Virus record (IMG/VR): IMGVR_UViG_3300032301_001914
Coordinates: 1 to 29,428 of that record
Direction: 5' to 3' (one strand)
Length of the DNA: 29,428 bases
Source: a virus
Lineage: Duplodnaviria > Caudoviricetes
A program made the translations under genes and the position numbers. Below, in pieces: positions 1 to 8,269 of the stretch. The notes beneath the pieces are model-generated. The model was not told the origin of the DNA. It saw only the letters and a list, made by a program, of their open reading frames with translations, and did no database searches. The first letter of the stretch is position 1. The number at the start of each line of letters is the position of its first letter.

Positions 1-1
1 G

Positions 2-376
2 ACGGCCAGTCGAAGGATTGTGCCAATCCTTCCCGCCTTGGACGCGTGGCTCAAGCTGGTGCCGGCCGATGAGCGTCGCGGGTTTGTCACTCCGCAGTAT
101 GCCAACTTGGAGAACATTTCGCGTGTCTTCTCCGGGGCCTTTGCCGGCACGGGTGTCGAGTTCAAGCAGAACGGGTTTCGCCACAGCTTTGCCAGCTACC
201 GGCTAGCCACGGTCAAGTCGGCCGACCAGGTGGCCCTTGAGATGGGTAACAGTCCAAGGAAACTCTTCACCAACTACCGCGAGCTTGTCGCCGAGGAGGA
301 GGCACGGCAGTGGTTTGCCGTGCTGCCCCAGAAGTCTGCTAGGCCCGCAAAAAAACAGATCTGCAGTAAGAAGTGA
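2..376 (+). CDS. Tyrosine recombinase/integrase, C-terminal part (5' end outside window)
   Basis: Frame open from base 2 (TASRRIVPIL...); NGFRHSFASY matches the HxxR box, followed by EMGNS and TNY (candidate catalytic Tyr). Confidence 0.88.
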   Translation, partial: TASRRIVPILPALDAWLKLVPADERRGFVTPQYANLENISRVFSGAFAGTGVEFKQNGFRHSFASYRLATVKSADQVALEMGNSPRKLFTNYRELVAEEEARQWFAVLPQKSARPAKKQICSKK

Positions 377-383
377 TCCAAAG

Positions 384-389
384 TTGACA
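384..389 (+). promoter_or_regulatory. TTGACA start-proximal motif, 16 nt before ATG 406
   Basis: GTTGACACGGCGCACTCAGCGCC-ATG. Confidence 0.6.
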
Positions 390-405
390 CGGCGCACTCA
401 GCGCC

Positions 406-603
406 ATGCAAAACGAACACGACCAAACAGCGCTCAACCAACTACTCAAGTGCCCCGAAGTGGCGGTAATTCTCGGCCAGAAGGTTTCCACGATCTATGC
501 GTGGTGCCGTAGCGGAAAGCTTCCGCACCTGCGTCTTTCGCGCCGTTCCTACCGCATCCGGCGATCAGATCTTGAGTGCTTCTTGGCGGCGCATGCGCGG
601 TGA
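406..603 (+). CDS. Excisionase/HTH_17-like DNA-binding protein
   Basis: LLKCPEVAVILG..STIYAWCRSGKLP..R..YRIRRSDLE pattern, 65 aa, adjacent to integrase. Confidence 0.82.
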   Translation: MQNEHDQTALNQLLKCPEVAVILGQKVSTIYAWCRSGKLPHLRLSRRSYRIRRSDLECFLAAHAR

Positions 604-604
604 A

Positions 605-1540
605 TCAGGCGCCGACCTGTTGCGCGAAATCCCGTAGACCGGCGGACAAATCTATCCTGGATTGGTAGCCCAGAAAGCTTTGGGCCTTGGTGATGTCCGC
701 CCAAGTCTCGGGCATGTCAGCGGCCTGGGCAGGGTGGCACTCCAAGAGTGCCGCCTTGCCGGTGATCTGCTCCAAGGTCGCGACCAGTTTGGCCAGCGTG
801 ATGCGCCGGCCGCTCCCAAGGTTGAAAACCTCGTAGGGTGTTTTGCGGTAGTCCAAGGCGGAGGAGATTCCAGCCACGATGTCACTGACGTGCGTGTAGT
901 CTCGGCGGCTTGTCCCGTCGCCGTGGAAGGGGATCGGCCGGTCCTCGAGAATGGCGCGGGTGAACTTGCTGATCGCCAAGTCCGGCCGCTGCCCGGGGCC
1001 GTAGACGGTGAAAAAGCGCAGCACGAGGCAGTGGATGCCGTGGAGGTGGCTATAGACCGAGCAGAGCTGCTCGCCGGCCACTTTGGTGGCGGCGTAGGGG
1101 CTGAGCGTGGCGGGCAGGGGACTGGATTCCTTGAAGGGTCCCTTGCCGCTGGCACCGTAGACCGAGGAACTGCTGCCGAAGACCACTTGGTCGATCCTCG
1201 CCGCGCGCGCGGCTTCAAGGACGTTGAGCGTGCCGGTCACGTTGGTTTCGATGTAGGTGCGGGGACTGGCAATCGAGGGACGCACGCCGGCCAAGGCGGC
1301 CAAGTGCACGATGGCGTCCCAGCCCTCCGCGGCGGCTGTCTTTACGGCCTCGGGGTCGCGAATGTCGGCCGTGAAGAGCCTGGCCTTAAGCCCCTTGATG
1401 TTTTGCCGCTTGGCCTGGGGGCTGTAGAAATCGTCGAAGTTATCCAGGATCCCGACTTGGACGCCCGCGCTTACCAGCCTTTTGGCCAAGTGCGAGCCGA
1501 TGAAGCCCGCGCCCCCTGTGATGAGAACCTTTCCTGTCAT
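605..1540 (-). CDS. NAD-dependent nucleotide-sugar epimerase/dehydratase (extended SDR, UDP-glucuronate 4-epimerase-like)
   Basis: TGGAGFIG Rossmann motif, HLAA, SSSSVYG, YAATK (YxxxK), RFFTVYGP, RDYTHV. Confidence 0.93.
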   Translation of the reverse strand: MTGKVLITGGAGFIGSHLAKRLVSAGVQVGILDNFDDFYSPQAKRQNIKGLKARLFTADIRDPEAVKTAAAEGWDAIVHLAALAGVRPSIASPRTYIETNVTGTLNVLEAARAARIDQVVFGSSSSVYGASGKGPFKESSPLPATLSPYAATKVAGEQLCSVYSHLHGIHCLVLRFFTVYGPGQRPDLAISKFTRAILEDRPIPFHGDGTSRRDYTHVSDIVAGISSALDYRKTPYEVFNLGSGRRITLAKLVATLEQITGKAALLECHPAQAADMPETWADITKAQSFLGYQSRIDLSAGLRDFAQQVGA

Positions 1541-1563
1541 TGCCGCGATGACAGGAGGAGTGC

Positions 1564-1569
1564 TGTCAA
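1564..1569 (-). promoter_or_regulatory. TTGACA motif with a longer 23-nt spacer before epimerase ATG 1540
   Basis: Its TGA is also the stop codon of the upstream ORF; the spacer forms a hairpin with the start codon. Confidence 0.4.
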
Positions 1570-1844
1570 AAATCCTGGGGCGGATGCTTCAGGCGCTCTT
1601 CGATCCGTTTGGTGCGCTCGTCGATACGGGCCAAGGTTTCGCCGCGGTCTTGGGCCACCCTTTCGATCATGTCCATGCGGGCGTCCTGACGCGAATCACT
1701 CTCCCGCAGAGCACGCATTTGCTCGGGCAGCACGATCCAGCCATTGAGTGCCGAAAACGCAGCGACCATGATGGCTACCAGCGCGATGGCCTCGCTGATG
1801 GTTAGCCTGATGCCTCTTTGGTGTCTGACTTCTTCGATGCTCAT
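1566..1844 (-). CDS. Small membrane protein (one TM helix plus coiled coil), possible holin-like
   Basis: Start moved to ATG 1844 (ATGA overlap with upstream stop); AIALVAIMVAAFSALNGWIVL hydrophobic segment, then LARIDERTKRIEERL coil; 92 aa. Confidence 0.6.
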   Translation of the reverse strand: MSIEEVRHQRGIRLTISEAIALVAIMVAAFSALNGWIVLPEQMRALRESDSRQDARMDMIERVAQDRGETLARIDERTKRIEERLKHPPQDF

Positions 1845-2302
1845 GTTGCCAGGATTTGGCTGGCCTCGATCAGGGTGTGGCCGAACTGATGCGGCGCCGG
1901 TGGCCAGTTGTTGCGGGGCTCGGGGCTTTGCAGGAATGCTTCGGTGACTGCGTCGATCCACTGGCGAACGGCCGAGAGCTTCGGAGCCGACCTTGCCGCG
2001 GCACTCAGTCTGCTCTCGATATCCAGCAGGCTGACTAGTTGCATGGGGCCGTACCCTTGAGCGATGAGCCACTGCTCGGCCGAGGTGAACTCGGGGTTAA
2101 ATGCGGAAACGGGTAAGCTTTGCAGGGTGATAGAACCGTTGAGCTTGGCATACGTGTAGAGTTCGTCGCCGCTGCGGGAGAGGTAGTCCGCCGGCATAGC
2201 GCTCACTGCTCCGGCGCGGATAAGCAGGGTCGTCTCTGGCGTGTTGCCCTCGGAGTCGAAGAGTTCCTCCGGCACGTTTTGGATTATTTCACTCGTGGTC
2301 AT
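1841..2302 (-). CDS. Hypothetical protein, possible tail fibre assembly factor
   Basis: Start moved to ATG 2302 (MTTSEII, ATGA overlap); 153 aa; follows the fibre-like gene. Confidence 0.65.
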   Translation of the reverse strand: MTTSEIIQNVPEELFDSEGNTPETTLLIRAGAVSAMPADYLSRSGDELYTYAKLNGSITLQSLPVSAFNPEFTSAEQWLIAQGYGPMQLVSLLDIESRLSAAARSAPKLSAVRQWIDAVTEAFLQSPEPRNNWPPAPHQFGHTLIEASQILAT

Positions 2303-3402
2303 TCGCGGTAGAAGGTGAGGACAACGTCTTGGATGACGGCGCCGTTGCTGTTGTTGCCGTTGCCGTAGGCCCCGCAGTAAAGGGCGAAGGACATCCATCT
2401 GTCGGTGGCCACCAAGGAGGTGGAGGTTGCAAAAAGAATGCGGTCAGTGCTGGCCGATGAGCCCCCGCCGAAGTCGCCCAATCCAGCGACAATGCTCAGG
2501 GTTATTCCGTCGAATACGCGGATCTGGCAGTGGATGCCGTCGTTGAATGAGCCGGAAACACGCACGTAGGCTGCGATGCGGTAGGTGGCCCCTGCGCCGA
2601 TCATCTTTTCCGGATTGAAGATCCGCGGCCATGAGCCGTCCATGCCCCAGGACTCGACCACGTTGCCCGGGGGTGTGCCGAGTGAGAACATGCCCGAAGG
2701 GTTCTGGCCGTTGGGTGCATAGTTGCTTGAGGCAAAGGAAAGGCCGCGGAATCGGTTGAGAATGAGCGGCCCCCAACTTGCCGAGGTATTGGTCAGGCCG
2801 GCCAGTTGGTTGACCGCAGCGGCCGACATCAGCCCTGGGTTGGTTGAAGTGGCGTTGGGAATGGTGGACTGCCCGGTAAAGGCAATGTTGCGATGATCCA
2901 AGACTTGGATGCTGGCGTTCACGCTTGAGCCGCCTGCGTAGGTGAGTTCGGCTGTCGTGCCGATTGGGATTGCCGCGCTCTGCCTAGCTGGAGAGGAAGT
3001 GGTTACGATCCGGGCGGGTACGCCCCCAAGGTTGACGATCCGGCGCCACGACCCATCGGGAAGCGGGGTCCCTTCGAGCAGGACTGCAAAAGTGTCGATG
3101 CCTGAAGTGCCGATGATCCAGATTGAGGCGCTGGGAGCGGCGTAAAACTCAGCTGGAGTGGTTTGGTTTGTCAGTGCGTAGACGCTTTTTAGTTCCGCCG
3201 GGGTGTGGGTATGCCCGGTCTCGGATTTTAGTGCCAAGAGGCTGGCCAACCCGTCCACGTCTTCGATGACGTGGGTGTGGGGTTCATCGCCGTTGCCTGA
3301 AGGGCCAGTGGGACCGATGGGCCCAGCAGGACCAGGAGGACCGACTTGGACGACTTCAACGACTTGCGCCCCGACTTCGATGACTTCAACAATATCAGCC
3401 AT
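2299..3402 (-). CDS. Tail fibre/spike-like protein with collagen repeat and HTH-x-x-x-D-V-x-GL tail repeat
   Basis: Start moved to ATG 3402 (MADIVEV, 4 nt after upstream stop); GPPGPAGPIGPTGPSG; HTHVIEDVDGL; PNATSTNPGLMSA fibre motif. Confidence 0.72.
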   Translation of the reverse strand: MADIVEVIEVGAQVVEVVQVGPPGPAGPIGPTGPSGNGDEPHTHVIEDVDGLASLLALKSETGHTHTPAELKSVYALTNQTTPAEFYAAPSASIWIIGTSGIDTFAVLLEGTPLPDGSWRRIVNLGGVPARIVTTSSPARQSAAIPIGTTAELTYAGGSSVNASIQVLDHRNIAFTGQSTIPNATSTNPGLMSAAAVNQLAGLTNTSASWGPLILNRFRGLSFASSNYAPNGQNPSGMFSLGTPPGNVVESWGMDGSWPRIFNPEKMIGAGATYRIAAYVRVSGSFNDGIHCQIRVFDGITLSIVAGLGDFGGGSSASTDRILFATSTSLVATDRWMSFALYCGAYGNGNNSNGAVIQDVVLTFYRE

Positions 3403-3406
3403 GGCT

Positions 3407-3784
3407 TTATGGATTGGCGGCGACCCCCAGTGGTCTGGTGACCTCAGGCGTGACCTCGGTGTTTCCTTCCAAGAGACGCAGGACTTCGCCATCCGGGGCG
3501 ACAAGTTCCAAGTCCCACACTCCTCTTTCGGCCGGCATGAGTTCGGTTTCCGCTGCGCTGGAGAAGAGGGTTATCTCACCGGTTGCTGACCCCAGGATGA
3601 TTCCGCCATTCTCGCTGGACCAGTAGGCGCGGACGGCAGTTGAGTTGTAGTCGGGGCGCATTTGGGCGCGGCAGGTAAAGCCGGTCAGATCGACTGGCAC
3701 AGCGGCCGCGACTGATGCGCCTGCCTTGTAGACAAACTTCTGACGGAAGGTGGCCCCCTGCTTAATGGTCAGCTTGTAGGTCAT
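3407..3784 (-). CDS. Tail fibre adaptor-like (BppU-type Ig-like) protein
   Basis: LTIKQGATF...PVDLTG...RAQMR...GEITL...WDLEL...RLLEG...VTPEVTR pattern typical of phage tail adaptors; ATGA overlap. Confidence 0.72.
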   Translation of the reverse strand: MTYKLTIKQGATFRQKFVYKAGASVAAAVPVDLTGFTCRAQMRPDYNSTAVRAYWSSENGGIILGSATGEITLFSSAAETELMPAERGVWDLELVAPDGEVLRLLEGNTEVTPEVTRPLGVAANP

Positions 3785-4182
3785 GGCGCGGTGTGGTCGT
3801 GGATTTCTGCGATGACGTTGAAGTTGATGCTCTGGCTTTTGCGCACTTTGCTGCCGATGACGACGGTTAATTCGGCCTCAAGGGTTGTGGAGGTTCTGCC
3901 GCCCAAGAAGATGTCGTCAAAAGCGGGGCCGCGCAGGGGAATCGAGACAAGCCAACCCTTGGAGCGATCGGTCGGTGCAAGCCAAGAGACGGAGAAGACC
4001 GGTTGGGTCTGGCCGGGAAATGCGGCCACGAAGAGTCCTGTGCTGGTGGAGGCAATGTCCGCATCGGGGATCACGTAGATGTCGAGATCGCTGCCACGCT
4101 TGGCGCTGATCGCAGCCAGGGCCGTGGATCCGGCGCTTTCCGCCGAAAGGGTTCCGGAGGTCGTATCGAGATAAAGGTCCAT
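3781..4182 (-). CDS. Putative tail adaptor domain protein
   Basis: 133-aa beta-rich ORF; resembles domains in 8270..9040 and 9843..12491; TTGACA motif upstream. Confidence 0.65.
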   Translation of the reverse strand: MDLYLDTTSGTLSAESAGSTALAAISAKRGSDLDIYVIPDADIASTSTGLFVAAFPGQTQPVFSVSWLAPTDRSKGWLVSIPLRGPAFDDIFLGGRTSTTLEAELTVVIGSKVRKSQSINFNVIAEIHDHTAP

Positions 4183-4198
4183 CCTGACTTTAGTGCGG

Positions 4199-4204
4199 TG
4201 TCAA
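4199..4204 (-). promoter_or_regulatory. TTGACA motif, 16 nt before ATG 4182
   Basis: CTTTGACACCGCACTAAAGTCAGG-ATG. Confidence 0.6.
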
Positions 4205-4206
4205 AG

Positions 4207-4476
4207 TCAGCAGTCGCAGTGCTTTTGGTAGGCACCGGGTTCGGCCGTGGTGAGGTTGGACCAGCGATCCTCAGGGCAGGAACTGGTGGCGATGGACGCT
4301 TTGACCGGCATGAAGCAACCGCAGACCGAGCACGTGCGCCGTCGGGCTTGGTATTGCGGGCACTGCGCGCAGATGGCCAGACGCTGCTCGCGCATGGCCG
4401 AGAGTGGGAAGCCCGCCGATCCCCAAGCGGCAATGTCTGAGCTAACGCGGTAGGCTTTGGAAAGAAGTGCTCTCAT
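4207..4476 (-). CDS. Small Cys-rich metal-binding protein (DUF6171-like)
   Basis: R-x-x-I-CxxC...CxxCGC...K...CPxxxW pattern; ATGA overlap. Confidence 0.7.
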   Translation of the reverse strand: MRALLSKAYRVSSDIAAWGSAGFPLSAMREQRLAICAQCPQYQARRRTCSVCGCFMPVKASIATSSCPEDRWSNLTTAEPGAYQKHCDC

Positions 4477-5717
4477 ACGATCTGATAAGCGGCGGAGTCG
4501 TCAAAATAGATGCCTGGAAAACCGGGCACGCCGCCGGCGGCCTCGATGTCCACGGTGCGTCCCCAAATGTTGGTGATGGAGAAGGGGACTCCGTCGATGC
4601 TCTGGCCGTCGAAAGGAAACGGAGAAAGCGAGGAAGCGTTGGACTGCAGGCTCAGCGCATAGGTGGCCAACACGGTGCCGCCATCGGTCACATTGAGGAG
4701 TGCGCCCGCGGAGCTGTTGGCCACGCCCAAGGAGGCGTAGTTGATTAGCGCGATGCGGAAGGTTTTGAAGGCCGGGAGCGAAGCGAGTTTGTAGCCCACC
4801 GGCAGATAGTTGACGCTGGCGGTGGCATTGCGCACGGCCTCGGTCCATCCGGTGCACATGTTGTATTCGATGTAGCAGACCTGGCGGCGTGAAGGATCCG
4901 GGGCCGGTGGAGTGGTCAGGGTGGTTTCCGCCCATGGTCCAAAGGTGGGGCCGGCTTGGACCTCGCGGATACGGTAGGAAATGAGCACGTCATGGCCAAA
5001 AGCTCCGCCGGGCGCGGCCTCGTCCTTGTAAATGGCAGTGTTGGGAGGAGTGGTGGCGATGAGCGAGTAGGCGCCCGAGCCGATCTTGCGTTCAATCTCA
5101 TAGCCGGTCTCGGAGACCGACAAATCGTTCCAAACTAGAACGATCTTGGTCTGGCTCAGGTAGGTGGCGGCCAGACCTCCCGGAGTAGTCGGTGTGCCGG
5201 GCGTTCCGTTGAGTCCGGCCAGGTAAGAGTCGATCGTGTTGTTGGTTAGATAGAAGACGTTGTAGCGGTCAAGGCCTGTGCCGCCGTCATTGGCGCCATC
5301 GCCGCCAGCGTTGTTGATATTGGCTGTGCCGATGACCTTGTCCCCGAGTCCGGCGCGGAAGAGTCCCCGGCTGCAGACATGGCCGCCCGCGCAGGGACTA
5401 CTTAGGCCGCCACGCAAAGTGGTGCGATTGTGCACGTAATCCACATGGAGACGCGCGCCGTGATTGAGTTGCGAGGCATCGAAAGAGACGAACATCCGGC
5501 TGGTTCCGGTCGTGGCGGGACAGCCCGCATAGAGCAAGTTGCCCGAGCCGTTGTAAAAGCGGACAAAGCCGATGCCGTGATGGCAGCCTCCGCCGGGCAC
5601 CGCGCATTCGAACCAGAGACCTTGCGAGACGGGCGTCGAAACGGTGCCGCCGCCGGGATCGTTGATCGGAGGAACCGGACACGCGGTTTCCGTGCGTCTG
5701 ATAAAGCAGCAACTCAT
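4473..5717 (-). CDS. Virion-associated protein: Cys/His-rich N-terminal domain plus fibronectin type III domain
   Basis: Start moved to ATG 5717 (MSCCFI, ATGA overlap); PTTPGGLAAT...IVLVWNDLSVSETGYEIER...YRIREV is a typical Fn3 signature. Confidence 0.72.
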   Translation of the reverse strand: MSCCFIRRTETACPVPPINDPGGGTVSTPVSQGLWFECAVPGGGCHHGIGFVRFYNGSGNLLYAGCPATTGTSRMFVSFDASQLNHGARLHVDYVHNRTTLRGGLSSPCAGGHVCSRGLFRAGLGDKVIGTANINNAGGDGANDGGTGLDRYNVFYLTNNTIDSYLAGLNGTPGTPTTPGGLAATYLSQTKIVLVWNDLSVSETGYEIERKIGSGAYSLIATTPPNTAIYKDEAAPGGAFGHDVLISYRIREVQAGPTFGPWAETTLTTPPAPDPSRRQVCYIEYNMCTGWTEAVRNATASVNYLPVGYKLASLPAFKTFRIALINYASLGVANSSAGALLNVTDGGTVLATYALSLQSNASSLSPFPFDGQSIDGVPFSITNIWGRTVDIEAAGGVPGFPGIYFDDSAAYQIV

Positions 5718-7753
5718 GACCTTTGTGCCGCGACAACCAAGGTAGTCGAGCTTCCTCCCATGAAGGCCGGTATGCGCACGCGGAAGATGGCTAGTTCCTC
5801 TTCGCCTGCGTCGATCTCGGTTTTGATGAAGTTCTGCGAATAGTCCGCATTGATGAGCTGGGTCATGGACGACCATCCGCCGTTGGCGCGGGCGGATTGC
5901 GCGGCGTAGAGTCCGATCTTGCTGAAAAAGCGGTAGTAAAGGGTCGGGCCGCCGATGCGCAGGATCGTGCCCTTGAAATTGGTGTAGAAGAGCACCTGCA
6001 AGCGAAGTCGTGCTCCGGGCATGAGGTAAGCTTCAGCCACGTGCTCTGCGGCATTGTTGGTGTCGTTGTAGAGACGCGCGTTGATGATGCTTTGGTTTCT
6101 GACGCCATCGACAAAGTGGCCCGCGTAGGAGGCCGGAAAGTTGTCATCGGCATAGCGTGGTACGACCTTTGGCGCCGTGGAGGTGGCCAAGACGTAGGGC
6201 GAGGTGCGATCGACAGAGGCCATGACCGTGCTGTCTACGATCCAGTCGTTGTCGGCCATGTCCTCGGCTGTGACGAAAAAGGAACGGACGGCCGCACCGG
6301 CTGCGGTGAATTGAGCGGCGGGTGAAGCGGATTTGGCCGCCCAGATCGCGCGCACAGGTTCGGTGGCGCCAAGCGTGCGTGATGCTGAACTAGAAGCAAA
6401 TTGGCTAGTTGGCGCCAAGAGCAGCAGGCGTGAGGTATTGCGATCCGGGCGCACCTTGGCGGGGTTGGCCGTGCCATCCGCCTCAAGCGGCGCGAGGATC
6501 GCCACGTTGACGGTGGAAGAGGTTCGCAGTCCTCCGCCGTTGAAAGCGGTGATGCGGAAAGCGGCGTTGCCGAGGTGTGCTCCGCCCTCGTCGACAGTCA
6601 CGGCCGAATGGCCGGGGAGCTGGGTTGCTAGAAAGTGCGTTGCAGTAGTTTGGCCCAAGACCTTGGCCGTGGTGCCTGTGACCAAAGAAATTTCGTAGTA
6701 GGCCGCAGATGGATTGCTGGCCCAGGTCAGGAGCGCCGTGCCGGGCAACTCGCTGACTCCGGAGGCTGCGGGAGCTGTCGGAGTCGACCAATTGCTGATC
6801 GTCACCGCGGATAGTAAGATAGCTCGACCGCGCTCCCCGGTGACTGACTCGAAGCCGGCGTAATACTCGTAGGTGGCACCGGCATCTACGCTCTCGTCAT
6901 CGAAGTTGGTTGGAAGCGTAGACACCAACCGCGTGGTTGTGCCGCTAACCCCGACACGCAGCACATAGACGCTGCCCGCCGACTGGTTTGGTCCGAGGGT
7001 CCAGGAGACGCGGATCTTTTTGGTTAGGGCGTCGCTGGTTTCCGCTGTCGCGGCCGAGGTGAGTTGCGACGGGCTTGGTGCGGGCCCAGTGGTCAGGTTT
7101 TCGATGGGACCGAGCTTTGTCCCCCTCGCATTGGTGGCGAAGGCGCGGTAGTAAATGGGTGAGGCTGAGGCGAGTTGGTCGATGAGCGCACGGTAGGTGC
7201 CCGTTGATCCGGTGACGCTGATCTTGGTGGGCAAGCCGATCCACGCTGCCTCGCTCGCGGGCAGTGATGTTGCGTAGAGAATGCCGCGATCGCTGATCTG
7301 CGCATTGCCATCCCAACCGACAAAGCTGTCGTAGACAAATGCGCGGTAGGGCGTGGCCTGGGCAAGACTGGCCACGGCGACAGACACCACGCGCGCTCCG
7401 GTCGACACGTTTTGCGGCGCGATGGGCAGGAGGGTATCAAAGATGTGTGGCTGGGGTGAGGCCGGCGCGTTCACATCGGCCGGACCCAGCGTGTATTCGC
7501 GGTCGGGGAGCAATTCCCAAACGTCCTGACCGCCGATGGAGAGCGTGTATTTGAAGCGCACCACATCACCGGCATCGCCATCAATGGGGACAGCCACCGA
7601 GTAAAGCCCGTCACCATCGTTATCCAAAAGGAAGTAGAGGGGTTCCCATTGGGTGAAGTCGCCGCGCACGCTCACGGTGGAGGAGGGCGTAAAGAGGCCG
7701 TTGGCTATGGCCTCGTGCAGGCTGACTTGGAATGTGACGAGTCGGGATGCCAT
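5714..7753 (-). CDS. Tail adhesin-like protein: N-terminal CBM20/CBM48-like domain plus Fn3-like domains
   Basis: Start ATG 7753 (TAATG overlap); VTFQV...VSVRGDFTQW...DNDGDGLYSV...FKY...WE...DR; YYRAFATNARGT and TYEYY Fn3 strands. Confidence 0.7.
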   Translation of the reverse strand: MASRLVTFQVSLHEAIANGLFTPSSTVSVRGDFTQWEPLYFLLDNDGDGLYSVAVPIDGDAGDVVRFKYTLSIGGQDVWELLPDREYTLGPADVNAPASPQPHIFDTLLPIAPQNVSTGARVVSVAVASLAQATPYRAFVYDSFVGWDGNAQISDRGILYATSLPASEAAWIGLPTKISVTGSTGTYRALIDQLASASPIYYRAFATNARGTKLGPIENLTTGPAPSPSQLTSAATAETSDALTKKIRVSWTLGPNQSAGSVYVLRVGVSGTTTRLVSTLPTNFDDESVDAGATYEYYAGFESVTGERGRAILLSAVTISNWSTPTAPAASGVSELPGTALLTWASNPSAAYYEISLVTGTTAKVLGQTTATHFLATQLPGHSAVTVDEGGAHLGNAAFRITAFNGGGLRTSSTVNVAILAPLEADGTANPAKVRPDRNTSRLLLLAPTSQFASSSASRTLGATEPVRAIWAAKSASPAAQFTAAGAAVRSFFVTAEDMADNDWIVDSTVMASVDRTSPYVLATSTAPKVVPRYADDNFPASYAGHFVDGVRNQSIINARLYNDTNNAAEHVAEAYLMPGARLRLQVLFYTNFKGTILRIGGPTLYYRFFSKIGLYAAQSARANGGWSSMTQLINADYSQNFIKTEIDAGEEELAIFRVRIPAFMGGSSTTLVVAAQRS

Positions 7754-8268
7754 TAAGCCCATCCCTCCCGGTATGCCGCGTTGGCGGTGGTCGGTTCGCC
7801 AAGCATGTGGCGGTAAAGCTGGCCGAAGGTGAGGCTATTGGCGGACTTGGTCGTTACGACAAAGCGCAGGCACCAGGCGAAGACGTAGATGGACTGGACG
7901 CCGGTGTTGGGATTCTGCGGTCCTCCGCACACGGTCTGCGCGTTGCCATCGGTCGAGGTGCCGACAAAGTTGTCGGGGTAGGGACCCTCGAAGAGCGCCT
8001 CGTAGATGCCCGTGGCCTGGGGGACGCCACGGAAACGGATGCCGGCCGCATCGGGAAGAAATGTGATACCCGGGGGCAGGGCGCCAAGGCGGCGGAAGCG
8101 GGCGTTGACGAAAAACTGTCCATTGAAGCGCTGATCGACCTGAAACTCCGTGGCGACCGGACTAGTGTCGGCGCCGATCAGGATCTTCGCGCGGATGACC
8201 TCAAGGCGGCCGCCGTAGAGCGAGGGAGTGATGGTGGCGCTGCCCCCCTGTGGAACGCTCGTGGGCAT
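7753..8268 (-). CDS. Putative Ig-like (He_PIG-type) domain protein
   Basis: GALPPGITF...FRGVPQATGIY motif; tightly packed in the operon. Confidence 0.6.
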   Translation of the reverse strand: MPTSVPQGGSATITPSLYGGRLEVIRAKILIGADTSPVATEFQVDQRFNGQFFVNARFRRLGALPPGITFLPDAAGIRFRGVPQATGIYEALFEGPYPDNFVGTSTDGNAQTVCGGPQNPNTGVQSIYVFAWCLRFVVTTKSANSLTFGQLYRHMLGEPTTANAAYREGWA

Positions 8269-8269
8269 G

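Noticed and set aside
384-415. Reading the motifs as ordinary sigma70 or sigma54 promoters
   Set aside because: No TAnnnT box at 16-18 nt (the start codon is there); sigma54 needs GG at -24 and GC at -12, which are absent
662-1747. Long + strand ORFs (662..1747, also 10536..11312, 15084..16052, 23268..24608)
   Set aside because: Antisense shadows of well-supported genes in high-GC DNA; no recognisable motifs
4499-4504. TTGACG 22 nt before ATG 4476
   Set aside because: Variant hexamer, off-spacing, and the gene is already ATGA-coupled; likely chance
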